Source of the DNA: Aeromicrobium sp.
Lineage (GTDB): Bacteria; Actinomycetota; Actinomycetes; Propionibacteriales; Nocardioidaceae
Reading direction: 5' to 3'
Assembly (NCBI RefSeq): GCF_047606445.1
Contig: NZ_JASGEK010000010.1
Location: 106,944-170,943, forward strand
Length of the DNA stretch: 64,000 nt
A program made the position numbers and the translations under genes. The notes below the pieces were generated by a model. The model worked only from the letters and a program-made list of their open reading frames with translations, did not search any database and was not told the DNA's origin. This document shows positions 55,243-64,000 of this stretch, in pieces (the stretch's first letter is position 1; every line of letters starts with the position of its first letter).

Positions 55243-55929
55243 TCACCATCCGAGGGTGTCGATGAGGGTGTTCAGGTGGGCGTCGAAGAAGGCGGCGGGG
55301 TCGGTGAGGGTGTCGGCGCCGAGGTGTTCGTGGACCTCGAAGGCGACCGCGCCGACGAGCGCCGACCACAGGCCGATCCCTCGAGCCAGCACGAGCGGCG
55401 GCAGGGTCAGACCGTACTCCTGGCGCAGCCGCTCCATGTCCTCGCTTACGTCGTCGGGGAGGTCGTCGTCGGGCGCGGTGAGCCGTCCTGCGGTCCAGGC
55501 CTGTTCGACGATCCCCATCAGCGCGACCGCGACGCGGGTGCCGGGGTCGTTGGTGCGCTCGCTCGGCGCGGTGTAGCCCGGCACCGGGGTGCCGTAGAGC
55601 AGGGCGAAGCGCGACGGCTCGCGCAGCGCCCACGCCCGGAGCGCGCGGCCGAGGGCGAGCAGGCGCTCACGGCCGGGGCGGTCGGCGGTCTGGGCGACGG
55701 CCGCCTCGACCTCCTCCCCCAGTTCGTCGTAGGCGTCGACGATGAGCAGGGTCAGCAACTCGTCGCGATCCTTGACATATCGATATATCGCTGAAGAGAC
55801 AAGGCCGAGGTCGCGGGCGATGGCGCGCAGCGACAACTCGGCGGGCGTCGCCGTCGCCAGCTGCTCGCGGCCGAGTCGCACGATGTCGGCCATCGTCTGG
55901 CGCCGGGCCTGTTGGCGAGGAGTCTCCAC
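55243..55929 (-). CDS. TetR/AcrR regulator with WHG-type C-terminus
   Basis: LSLRAIARDLGLVSSAIYRYVKDRDELLT, RAWALREPSRFALLYG, LWSALVGAVAFE. Confidence 0.92.
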   Translation of the reverse strand: METPRQQARRQTMADIVRLGREQLATATPAELSLRAIARDLGLVSSAIYRYVKDRDELLTLLIVDAYDELGEEVEAAVAQTADRPGRERLLALGRALRAWALREPSRFALLYGTPVPGYTAPSERTNDPGTRVAVALMGIVEQAWTAGRLTAPDDDLPDDVSEDMERLRQEYGLTLPPLVLARGIGLWSALVGAVAFEVHEHLGADTLTDPAAFFDAHLNTLIDTLGW

Positions 55930-55958
55930 GGAGTCCACCGTAGCGAAGGCGACGGATT

Positions 55959-56022
55959 GAGAGAGCACTGCTCTTGATTTTCTTGTGGAACGGTGCCATG
56001 CTCAAAGAGAGAGCACCGCTCA
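55959..56022. promoter_or_regulatory. Duplicated TetR operator
   Basis: GAGAGAGCACTGCTCT (55959) and GAGAGAGCACCGCTCA (56007), each quasi-palindromic, between the divergent tetR and epimerase genes. Confidence 0.7.
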
Positions 56023-56037
56023 CTTTTAGGAGAAGCC

Positions 56038-56925
56038 ATGAGCCACCTCGTCATCGGAGCCGGACAGATCGGCCCACACCTCGCCCGTCACCTCCTCGCG
56101 CAGGGCGAGCGCGTCACCGTCGCCACGCGCTCCGGCCGGGGCCCGGCCGACCTGCCCGTCGAACGCCTCGAGGCCTCCGACGGCGCGGCGTTGCGCGCCG
56201 CTCTCATCGAGGTCGAGACGCTGCACCTCTGCTTGCACGCCTCGGCGTACCGTGCCGATGTCTGGGAGCGGGAACTGCCGTCGTTGGAGCGGACGGTGCT
56301 CGACGCGGCCGCCGTCACCGGGACCACGGTGGTCTTCCCGGAGAGCGTCTACGCCTTCGGCACCTCCTCCCCAGTCACTGCCGCCTCGGCGTTCGCGCCG
56401 CGCAGCCCGCTCGGCCAGGTGCGGCGACAGTTGCTGGAGCAGCGTGCGGCCTCACCGGCGCGCACGGTCAGCGTGGTGGCCGGCGACTTCATCGGCCCAG
56501 GCGCCGACCAGTCGCACGCGGGTCCGCGCATGTGGCAGGCGGTGGTCGCCGGGAAGACGGTGCGGCCAGTCGGCGACGTCGACACCGTCCACGCGTGGAC
56601 CTATCTGTCCGACCTCGCCGCTACCATGAGTGCTGCGAGTCGACATATCGATGAGTCGATCATCGTGGCTCCTGCGGTCCACGCCACCCAGCGTGAGGTC
56701 GTCGAGGCCTTCGCCCGTGCGGCGGGCGTGCCGGTCCCCCGGATCCGTCCGGTCCCGCTGTGGGCGCTGCGCGCTGTCGGCGCCGTCCACCCCGAGACCA
56801 GCGCCCTCGCCCAGACCGGCCACCTGTTCACTGAGCCGCTGCAGATCGACTTCACGACGACACGCGAACAGTTCGGCCTCCCCGCCACCGACCTCGACGT
56901 CATCGCCAAGGCGACCGTCGGCTGA
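56038..56925 (+). CDS. NAD-dependent epimerase/dehydratase family protein
   Basis: LVIGAGQIG, VATRSG, ESVYAFG, AGDFIGPG, HAWTYLSD. Confidence 0.88.
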   Translation: MSHLVIGAGQIGPHLARHLLAQGERVTVATRSGRGPADLPVERLEASDGAALRAALIEVETLHLCLHASAYRADVWERELPSLERTVLDAAAVTGTTVVFPESVYAFGTSSPVTAASAFAPRSPLGQVRRQLLEQRAASPARTVSVVAGDFIGPGADQSHAGPRMWQAVVAGKTVRPVGDVDTVHAWTYLSDLAATMSAASRHIDESIIVAPAVHATQREVVEAFARAAGVPVPRIRPVPLWALRAVGAVHPETSALAQTGHLFTEPLQIDFTTTREQFGLPATDLDVIAKATVG

Positions 56926-56926
56926 C

Positions 56927-57682
56927 TCAGATCAGCTTGCGCGCCACGGGACGCGGGGCGTGCTTGAGGACCTGGCCGAGCGGGACCCAGGGCCAGGCTG
57001 GGACGGCGGCGTTGTCGACCTCTTTGTCGATGGCCTTGACCATCGCGCGCACGCCGGTCGCGGTGTCGACCATGAGCTTCTGCTCCTGCTCGACCTTCTC
57101 GTTCATCTCCGAGGCGATGTAGCCGGGATAGATCGTGGTGACCAAGATGTCGAGGCCCCGGCCGACCAGGTCCATGCGGATGCCTTCGGCCAGATGCGCG
57201 ATGCCCGCTTTCGTCGCGGCGTAGGCGGCCATGCTCGACGGCATGCCGCGCATGGCCGACACCGACGAGATCACCACGAGGTGACCGGACTTCTTCGCGT
57301 AGAAGTGCTCCATCGCGGCCTCGCACTGGGCCATCGCGGCGATGAAGTTCGTCTCGGCGGTCTGCTTGTTGGCGTGGAACTTGCCGGTGCCGATCCGTCC
57401 GCCCTTGCCGAGGCCGGCGTTGACGATCACCCGGTCGAGGCCGCCCAGCTCGTCGGCGGCTTCCTTGACGACGGCGAAGACCTGGTCGTGGTCGTTGACG
57501 TCGAGCTGGCGGACGACCACCTCGACGTCGGGGTGCGCGGCGACGATCTCGGCGCGCAGCTCCTCCAGCCGGTCGAGACGGCGCGCGGTGAGGGCGAGCG
57601 AGTGGCCCTTCGCGGCGAACTGACGGGCCATCTCCGCGCCGAGGCCGGAGCTCGCGCCGGTGATGAGGATGTTCGTGCGCAT
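56927..57682 (-). CDS. Short-chain dehydrogenase/reductase
   Basis: ITGASSGLG, NAGLG, SSVSA, YAATK. Confidence 0.93.
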   Translation of the reverse strand: MRTNILITGASSGLGAEMARQFAAKGHSLALTARRLDRLEELRAEIVAAHPDVEVVVRQLDVNDHDQVFAVVKEAADELGGLDRVIVNAGLGKGGRIGTGKFHANKQTAETNFIAAMAQCEAAMEHFYAKKSGHLVVISSVSAMRGMPSSMAAYAATKAGIAHLAEGIRMDLVGRGLDILVTTIYPGYIASEMNEKVEQEQKLMVDTATGVRAMVKAIDKEVDNAAVPAWPWVPLGQVLKHAPRPVARKLI

Positions 57683-57683
57683 G

Positions 57684-58481
57684 TCAGTCCTTCTTCGCCA
57701 TCTTCGCGGCGGCCTTGAGCATCTCGCGGGTGTACAGGGGGCGCAGCCAGCGCTTCGCCGCGTAGGCGATCGTGCCATTGCGGTCGGTCGTGATGACGTG
57801 CACGCCCTTCTCCATCTTGCGCAGCGTGGCCGCGGCGATGTCGTCGGCGGTGACCTTCGACCGGTCGATGAGCTTGGCGGCGAGTTGTCGCGACGACTCG
57901 TCCTTGCCGCGCAGCGACTCGGCGAGGTTCGTCTTGAAGAAGGTCGGGCAGATCACCGACACCTTCACGCCGAAGGGGTCCAGCTCATAACTCAGCGACT
58001 CGCTCAGCGCGACGACGCCCGCCTTCACCGCGACGTACTCGGTCATGCGAGGCGGGTGGACGAGCCCGGCGGCCGAGGCGGTGTTGACGATGTGGCCGCT
58101 GCCCGCCTCCTTCATCATCGGCGTGAACTGTCGGCAGCCGCGTGCCACGCCGAGCAGGTTGATGTCGACGATCCACTGCCACTGGTCCATCTCGGTCAGC
58201 TCGATCCGGCCGCCCGCCGCGACGCCCGCGTTGTTGAACAGGTAGTCCAGGCCGCCCCAGGTCTCGACCACCCAGTCGTGCGCGGTCTGCCAGTCGACGT
58301 CGGAGGTGACGTCGAGGCGGCGGTACTCGACGTCGAGCCCGTCGAGGGAGTCGGGGCGCTCCTGGTGGACGTCGGTGGCGAGCACGCGCACACCCTTGTC
58401 GCGAAGCTGCCGGACCAGCGCCAGGCCGAGCCCAGAGGCCCCGCCGGTCACCAGCGCACGGGAGCCGGAAGTGATCTGCAT
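57684..58481 (-). CDS. Short-chain dehydrogenase/reductase
   Basis: VTGGASGLG, NNAGVA, NTASAAG, YVAVK. Confidence 0.93.
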   Translation of the reverse strand: MQITSGSRALVTGGASGLGLALVRQLRDKGVRVLATDVHQERPDSLDGLDVEYRRLDVTSDVDWQTAHDWVVETWGGLDYLFNNAGVAAGGRIELTEMDQWQWIVDINLLGVARGCRQFTPMMKEAGSGHIVNTASAAGLVHPPRMTEYVAVKAGVVALSESLSYELDPFGVKVSVICPTFFKTNLAESLRGKDESSRQLAAKLIDRSKVTADDIAAATLRKMEKGVHVITTDRNGTIAYAAKRWLRPLYTREMLKAAAKMAKKD

Positions 58482-58541
58482 TTTTCAGATACTACCGGTA
58501 TCTGAAAGTTTCACCCCCGGTGACACGTCACAACTGCCACG

Positions 58542-61238
58542 ATGGTCGACATGCCCCTCCTCAGCTCGCTGCTCTCCGCCCGTCAGGTCACCGATGAGTC
58601 CGACACGCTCGACCTCGTCCGATTGATCGGCCCGATCCTCCATGAGAAGAACTACCCCGCTCTCGCAGGCGCTGTCCGCAGCTGTCTGGCGACCGTGGCG
58701 CCGGGCTCGGTCCCCGCGACTGTCATGGACTGGTGGGTGAAGGTCGTGACCGGCGAGTCGGCCAACGGGTCGTGCTACCAGCTGCCCGCCGACATCCGCG
58801 GCGATCTCGCCGATGCCATGACCGCGTTGCGGGACATCCACTCCGATATCGCGCCCTGGAGGTGGCTCAGCGCGCGGAGCACCGTCGCTAAGGGCCGCGC
58901 GTTGATCGAGCCCGGAACGAAGGGTCCGTTGAGTATGGACTACTACGGGAACTCGCGCATCCCGAAAGAACGAGCTGCCTGGGATCAGTTCATCGAGTTG
59001 TTCGAGCCGCACATCAGCGCGTTGCGATCGGGTCGTCCGGGTCCGGAGATCGCCGATATCGAAGACGATGTCAAGCGCATTCTCATCGCCAGCGACATCA
59101 TCGAGAACTCCGATCGTTGGAAGGCCATCAAATACCGGGTGCAGCAGATGGCGGACTTCCTCTACGATCTGCGCGAGGAGACGCAGATCTGGCTGTCGCA
59201 CACCCCCGACGTCGATGTGCCAGTCCTGCGGGAGGTCCCCGAGGAGATGCGCGATCTGCTGGGCGACAGCGCCGATGTCTTGTTGTTCCCGGTACTGGTC
59301 GATCCTCCTCGGCCTGCGGACCTGGAGTCGACGCTCGACGCCGAACTGGAGCGACTCGACACGGGGAGCCGACATCAAGTGGCGCTCCTGCTACGCCCCT
59401 GGGTCGACGAACGGTACGACCTCTACGCCGCGGCGCCGGCGCTGCCCGCGATTTCGGAGGCGTTGCATCAGATCCCGCAGATCGAGTCGCAGATCGAGGA
59501 GCTCCGACAGGCTGACCTCGACAGCGAGGCGATCGACGAGATCGAGTTGTACTTCCTCGAGGGCGACTTCGACCACGCGCACGAGCTCATCGGTCAACAT
59601 CAGGGCGACAAGGAGATCGAGCTGTCCACACGTCGGTGGCAGAGCGAGATCGACGCCGCTCTCCACCGTGCGGAACGAGTCGGCGTCGAGGACGCGGATC
59701 TACGATCGCTGCGAGACGACATCGCGACCTTGCTGGTCGACGGCCGGGAGTCGACCCTGCGAGAGGGGGTGCGCGAGGCCGGAGAACGGCTGGAGAACCA
59801 GGTCGCCAGACTCCGGCGGGAGGAGTTCCAACGTCACGTCAAGACCCTCGAGACGTTGGGGACGACGAAGGAGCGCGTCTACGACCTCAACAATGAGGCG
59901 AAAGCCACGATCACGCGCAGTCGGCTGGAAGAGATGGAGCGTCAGGTCGCCAACTTGCGAGACGACCGCGTCGAGGAGGTGCGACGTACCCGAGAGCGGG
60001 TCGCCGACGCACTCTCGGACCCCTCGATCGACGAGGACCGGCGGGCCGAGCTACGGCAGTCGGCGCCGCCGATCGTCGACCGTGACTCCACCGACGTGGA
60101 GATCATGGCCACGCACGCGGGGTTGTTGGCCTTGGAGGCGGAGATCAACAAGCTGATCACCCGCCGATGGATTCCAGACCGTCACTCCGAAGGCGAGTTG
60201 CTCGGCCACCTCATCAAATACTGCACGGAGCGCATCGACTACGACGAGAACGACCTGAAACGGCTGTTCGTGGCGCTCAAGACCAAGCCTTTCGTCATCC
60301 TCGCCGGGTTGACGGGATCGGGCAAGAGCAGCATCGCGCGCCTGGTCGCGGAGGCCTTCGGCTCGTCGGCGGCCAACGGACGTTTCCGTCGGATCGCGGT
60401 GCGGCCGGACTGGATCGACCAGTCCGACGTCCTCGGCTACATCAACCCGATGTCGGGGGATTTCGAACCGGGCTGGTTGGCCGATGTGGCCCGTTCCTGC
60501 CAGGCGAACCCCGACGACCTGTTCTTCGTCCTCCTCGACGAGATGAACCTCGCGCCGGTCGAGCAGTACCTCGCGGAGTTCCTCTCGGCGATGGAGTCGG
60601 TCCGCGCGGGCTTCGACGATGTGACGCTGCCGCTCTACACCCGGGGCGCGAAGCCGAGGAACGCGCAGCAGTGGCCGGCCGAGTTGCGTTTCCCGACGAA
60701 CCTCTTCGTCATCGGCACAGTGAACGTCGACGAGACCACGAGGCCGCTCTCGGACCGGGTGATCGATCGGGCGAACCTTCTCCAGCTCAAGCTCCGATGG
60801 TCGCGCGGTCACCACGAGGCGGAGGACACGAAGGAGACCCAGCCGTGGGTGGTCGACAGTGACGCGTGGCGTGCCTTGGTCAAAGTCGAGCCGTCCTCGG
60901 AGCATCACGACATCCTCGTCGGGTTCGCCGAGATGCTGGAGCTGGTGGGCATCGGCGTCGGGTTGCGATCCCACGTCGAGATCGAGCGGTTCCTCGCCAA
61001 CGCCGAGGACATCCTGGAGTCGCACGTCGCGCTCGACATGGGCGTCCTCCAGCGCATCATCCCGAAGGTGCGCGGCTTCAAGCGCGAGCTGACGCCTGCC
61101 CTGGAGGCAATGCGGGAAGCGTTGGTCGCCGAGAAGTGCGGTGAGTCGCTGGCGGTCGTCGACCGGTGGCTCGATCCGTCAGTGTCCGACGACGCCTACA
61201 TCGACGGCACCGCTCCGCACATCGGGATCCCGCGCTGA
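58542..61238 (+). CDS. McrB-like AAA+ GTPase with long helical N-terminus
   Basis: KPFVILAGLTGSGKSS Walker A, IAVRPDW, FVLLDEMNLAPVEQYLAEFLSAME Walker B, GTVNVDETT (NxD) and LSDRVIDRA. Confidence 0.9.
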   Translation: MVDMPLLSSLLSARQVTDESDTLDLVRLIGPILHEKNYPALAGAVRSCLATVAPGSVPATVMDWWVKVVTGESANGSCYQLPADIRGDLADAMTALRDIHSDIAPWRWLSARSTVAKGRALIEPGTKGPLSMDYYGNSRIPKERAAWDQFIELFEPHISALRSGRPGPEIADIEDDVKRILIASDIIENSDRWKAIKYRVQQMADFLYDLREETQIWLSHTPDVDVPVLREVPEEMRDLLGDSADVLLFPVLVDPPRPADLESTLDAELERLDTGSRHQVALLLRPWVDERYDLYAAAPALPAISEALHQIPQIESQIEELRQADLDSEAIDEIELYFLEGDFDHAHELIGQHQGDKEIELSTRRWQSEIDAALHRAERVGVEDADLRSLRDDIATLLVDGRESTLREGVREAGERLENQVARLRREEFQRHVKTLETLGTTKERVYDLNNEAKATITRSRLEEMERQVANLRDDRVEEVRRTRERVADALSDPSIDEDRRAELRQSAPPIVDRDSTDVEIMATHAGLLALEAEINKLITRRWIPDRHSEGELLGHLIKYCTERIDYDENDLKRLFVALKTKPFVILAGLTGSGKSSIARLVAEAFGSSAANGRFRRIAVRPDWIDQSDVLGYINPMSGDFEPGWLADVARSCQANPDDLFFVLLDEMNLAPVEQYLAEFLSAMESVRAGFDDVTLPLYTRGAKPRNAQQWPAELRFPTNLFVIGTVNVDETTRPLSDRVIDRANLLQLKLRWSRGHHEAEDTKETQPWVVDSDAWRALVKVEPSSEHHDILVGFAEMLELVGIGVGLRSHVEIERFLANAEDILESHVALDMGVLQRIIPKVRGFKRELTPALEAMREALVAEKCGESLAVVDRWLDPSVSDDAYIDGTAPHIGIPR

Positions 61239-62623
61239 TGGCGCAGATCTTCGGCGCTCAACGGTGGCACAGGCTGGCCTCGGACCAGCCTCCGGCGCAG
61301 ATCGGGGAGAGCGACCTGTTCCGCCTGCGCGGTGTGGAGGCGAACGCGACCGTCACCCTCGGCGACCAGATCGACGTCACCGCGAGCAACCGGGGCGACG
61401 TCTCGTTCAAGCTGCGCGACTTCGACGATTTGCGCGGGCACATCGGGCTGATCTCCGTGAGCGTCGAGGGTGTTCCGCTCGGCGAGATCGACGTCGTGCC
61501 CGACAAGATGAGCCAGGACGCCTACCGTCGGCTGCGGGCTGACGTCGAGACGGTGTGGACCGGTCTGACGCTCGACCCGGAGGCGCTCTCCCATTTGGAG
61601 GCAGGGCCGCCGCCGCCAGCCGACCTGTGGAAGGAGATCGAAGGCGTTGTCCGGCAGATCGCGGCGCAGCCGCACGAGGAGTTGCGCGACACTGTCGGAT
61701 ACCGATCCTCGTTGCGGGTCCGACACCGGCGGGAGTTGACGGCGGCGACGTTACGGGCGTTGCCCCGTGGCGGAAGCGCTCTCGTCCGGGTCGTCGAACG
61801 GACGGCGATGACGGCCGACAACGCCATGGTCGCCGACACGCTGCGGCGGATCAGGGCGTACGCGCTGCGTCGCGGTGACGCCGCCGTCGCCTCCTATGCG
61901 GCTCGGTGGCTCTCGGTGGAGCCGTTCTGCGACCTCCGGCCGGGCGGTTTCGCCGGGTCGAGCTATGTGCTCGACCAGCGGTACCGGCAGGTGCAGCGGG
62001 TACGTCGCCTGTTGACGCGACCGGACCTCGCACCGGTGGAGGGACCCGGCGAGATCCGTCTGGGTGTTCGTGGTTTGAGCCGACTGTACGAGTACTGGGT
62101 GTTCTTGCAGGTGCTCCTTCAAGCGCGTGAGAAGTACGGAGATCCGATAGCCGGCGGATTCAGTGTGCTGCGCGCCGAGACTGCTCGGGGGCCGCGCATC
62201 GACATCCCCGCAGGCGCGACCGTGAGATTCCCCGGCGACATCAGGGTCGCTTTCGAGCCGTGCGTCACGACCCGACCGGCGGACAGCTGGGCGGGGATCG
62301 AGTATGTGCGGCACCCCGACCCGGAGCGGGCACAGGGGCGGGCGACGCCTGACGTGGTGGTGCTGCGTGGCGGCGTGCGGCCCGAGCTGTTGATCATCGA
62401 CGCGAAGTACGTCGGCCAAGTCTTCGTGGAAAAGGACGCGGTGAAGATCCACGACAAGTACGCGCGCATGCTTCTCGGTCAGACGCCGGTCGTCTCCCAG
62501 GTCGTGGCCGTGCATCCGCATCACCGTTTGGCGGCGCGTCATTGGGCGGGATACGGACACATGCCGATGAACCCCGAGGCGGGTGTCGCGCGGTTGCCGT
62601 TGCCGGACCTTGTGAAGACGTGA
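61238..62623 (+). CDS. McrC-like DUF2357 / PD-(D/E)xK nuclease
   Basis: Beta-rich N-terminus, VVPDKM, T.DNAMVA, YRQVQR, LSRLYEYWVFLQV, TPDVVV...IIDAKY. ATG overlaps the McrB stop (TGATG). Confidence 0.88.
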   Translation: MAQIFGAQRWHRLASDQPPAQIGESDLFRLRGVEANATVTLGDQIDVTASNRGDVSFKLRDFDDLRGHIGLISVSVEGVPLGEIDVVPDKMSQDAYRRLRADVETVWTGLTLDPEALSHLEAGPPPPADLWKEIEGVVRQIAAQPHEELRDTVGYRSSLRVRHRRELTAATLRALPRGGSALVRVVERTAMTADNAMVADTLRRIRAYALRRGDAAVASYAARWLSVEPFCDLRPGGFAGSSYVLDQRYRQVQRVRRLLTRPDLAPVEGPGEIRLGVRGLSRLYEYWVFLQVLLQAREKYGDPIAGGFSVLRAETARGPRIDIPAGATVRFPGDIRVAFEPCVTTRPADSWAGIEYVRHPDPERAQGRATPDVVVLRGGVRPELLIIDAKYVGQVFVEKDAVKIHDKYARMLLGQTPVVSQVVAVHPHHRLAARHWAGYGHMPMNPEAGVARLPLPDLVKT

Positions 62624-62629
62624 ATGCCG

Positions 62630-63271
62630 TCAGCGGAAGGTGACCGAGTCCCGAGGAATGTGTGAGTGCTCGTTGAAGGTGAGCAGTCGCGTGCCGCCGC
62701 GGCCGACCATGAGGGTGGTGACGGAGGCGTTGACGACGACCCGGTTGAGCGTGATGAACAGCGAGGCGTCGCCGGCCAGCAGGTGGGAGGCGACGAGCGC
62801 GATGGGGCCGCCGGAGGTGAACACCGCGACGTGCTGGCCCGACCCGGCGCCGCGGACGGCGGCGTCGAGCGAGCCGAGCACCCGCTCGGAGAACTGGGCG
62901 AAGCTCTCCCCGTCGGCGCTCGCCTCCCCTGCGACCCACCGTTCCAGCGCCGCGTCGAGCAACGCTTGGAACTCTTTGGCGTCGGCGGGCCGGTCGGCCG
63001 CGTCGCTCATCTGGACCAGCGCGAGATGGTCGTACTCGTTCCACCCGGCGTTCACGTCGTAAAGGTCGCCGTCGATCGCGTCGATCGCGCCGACGGCGGT
63101 CTGCGCGTGACGCCTCATCGAGCCGGCCACCGACCACGTCGGCCGCAGCCCCCCGGCCTCCCACGCCAGCCCGACCCAACTGGCCTGACGTTGGCCGAGA
63201 TCGCTCAACTGGTCGTAGTCGTCGGATGCCCACGAGGCCTGCCCGTGCCGGATCAGCGAGATAGCGCCCAC
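62630..63271 (-). CDS. Histidine phosphatase family protein
   Basis: LIRHGQAS, GSMRRH, WNEYD, AVFTSGG, TFNEHSH. Confidence 0.92.
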   Translation of the reverse strand: MGAISLIRHGQASWASDDYDQLSDLGQRQASWVGLAWEAGGLRPTWSVAGSMRRHAQTAVGAIDAIDGDLYDVNAGWNEYDHLALVQMSDAADRPADAKEFQALLDAALERWVAGEASADGESFAQFSERVLGSLDAAVRGAGSGQHVAVFTSGGPIALVASHLLAGDASLFITLNRVVVNASVTTLMVGRGGTRLLTFNEHSHIPRDSVTFR

Positions 63272-63292
63272 CCGGCGAGCGTAACGGGCTGG

Positions 63293-64000
63293 TCAGCTCA
63301 TGCGGCTGAACCGGCGCATCGTGAGAGTGCCGAAGACGACGAGCACGCCGGCGCCGATGAGCAGGACCGTGAGGATGGCGCCGCCGTCGGGCGAGCCCTC
63401 CATGAGGCTGCGCACCGCGGTGACCACGGAGGAGATCGGGTTGCGCTCGACGATCGGCTGCAGCCAGCCCGGCATGGTGTCGATGGAGACGAAGACGTTC
63501 GACAGGAAGGTCAGCGGGAACATCACCATCATCGACACGCCCATGACCGCCTGCGGGGTGCGCAGCATGAGGCCGAAGAGCGTCCACAGCCAGCTCAGGC
63601 AGAAGCAGAACACCAACAGCAGGCCGACCGCCGACACGATGCCGAGCACGCCGCCCGGCGGACGGTAGCCGATGAGCATCGTCACGACGAGGATGATCGT
63701 GGAGGCCATCGTGTAGCGGAGGGTGTCGGCCAGCAGCGCGCCGACCATGAGCGACGGACGCCAGACCGGCAGTGCGCGGATGCGGTCGAAGACTCCCTTG
63801 TCGATGTCGTCGTTGATGTTCATCGCCGTGTACATGGTGATCATCACGACGGTCTGCACGAGGATGCCCGGCGCGAGGTACTGGATGTACGCCGAGGTGG
63901 ATCCCTCGATGGCGCCGCCGAAGATGAAGGTGAACATCACCGTGAACAGGATCGGGAACAGCGTGACGTCCATCAGCTGTTCCGGGACGTGCTTGATCTT
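63293..64000 (-). CDS. ABC-2/DrrB-type transporter permease (5' end outside window)
   Basis: KIKHVPEQLMDV, YLAPGILVQ, DKGVFDRIRALP, FPLTFLSNVFV..TMPGWLQ, NPISSVVTAVR. Confidence 0.9.
   Translation of the reverse strand, partial: KIKHVPEQLMDVTLFPILFTVMFTFIFGGAIEGSTSAYIQYLAPGILVQTVVMITMYTAMNINDDIDKGVFDRIRALPVWRPSLMVGALLADTLRYTMASTIILVVTMLIGYRPPGGVLGIVSAVGLLLVFCFCLSWLWTLFGLMLRTPQAVMGVSMMVMFPLTFLSNVFVSIDTMPGWLQPIVERNPISSVVTAVRSLMEGSPDGGAILTVLLIGAGVLVVFGTLTMRRFSRMS

Overview
High-GC actinobacterial chromosome segment spanning the replication origin; the gene order suggests a Nocardioidaceae-like organism (inference). The conserved backbone runs pknB(3' end)-DUF881-crgA-rhomboid-ppiA ... tRNA-Ala-tRNA-Ile-DUF3566-gyrA-gyrB-dciA-recF-gnd-dnaN-oriC-dnaA-rpmH-rnpA-yidD-yidC-jag-rsmG-parA-parB-trxA-trxB-pseudokinase-murJ-cca. 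It includes two perfect parS sites and a readable basal unwinding element at oriC. An accessory tract of about 18.7 kb (10.2-28.9 kb) abuts the 3' end of tRNA-Ala. It holds a lower-GC glycosylation cassette (GlfT2-like plus two GT-C-like membrane proteins), an IS30 relic, a collapsed TetR/ABC operon, a tandem dynamin-like GTPase pair (second gene broken), a MazG-like gene, an RHH-YfbU plus RxxxxH (HEPN-like) operon with an operator over its -10, and a BsuBI/PstI-type R-M system. To the right of the origin are a toxin-first GNAT/DUF1778 module and a McrBC-like type IV system with an NxD motif and a long helical/coiled-coil McrB N-terminus. Best leads: the McrBC variant, the RHH-YfbU/HEPN-like operon, the dynamin-like pair, two off-origin DnaA-box clusters, an inverted pair of about 88-bp palindromic elements that overlap stop codons, and a DUF6049-MurJ fusion. 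All family calls come from motif recognition by eye; no searches were run.
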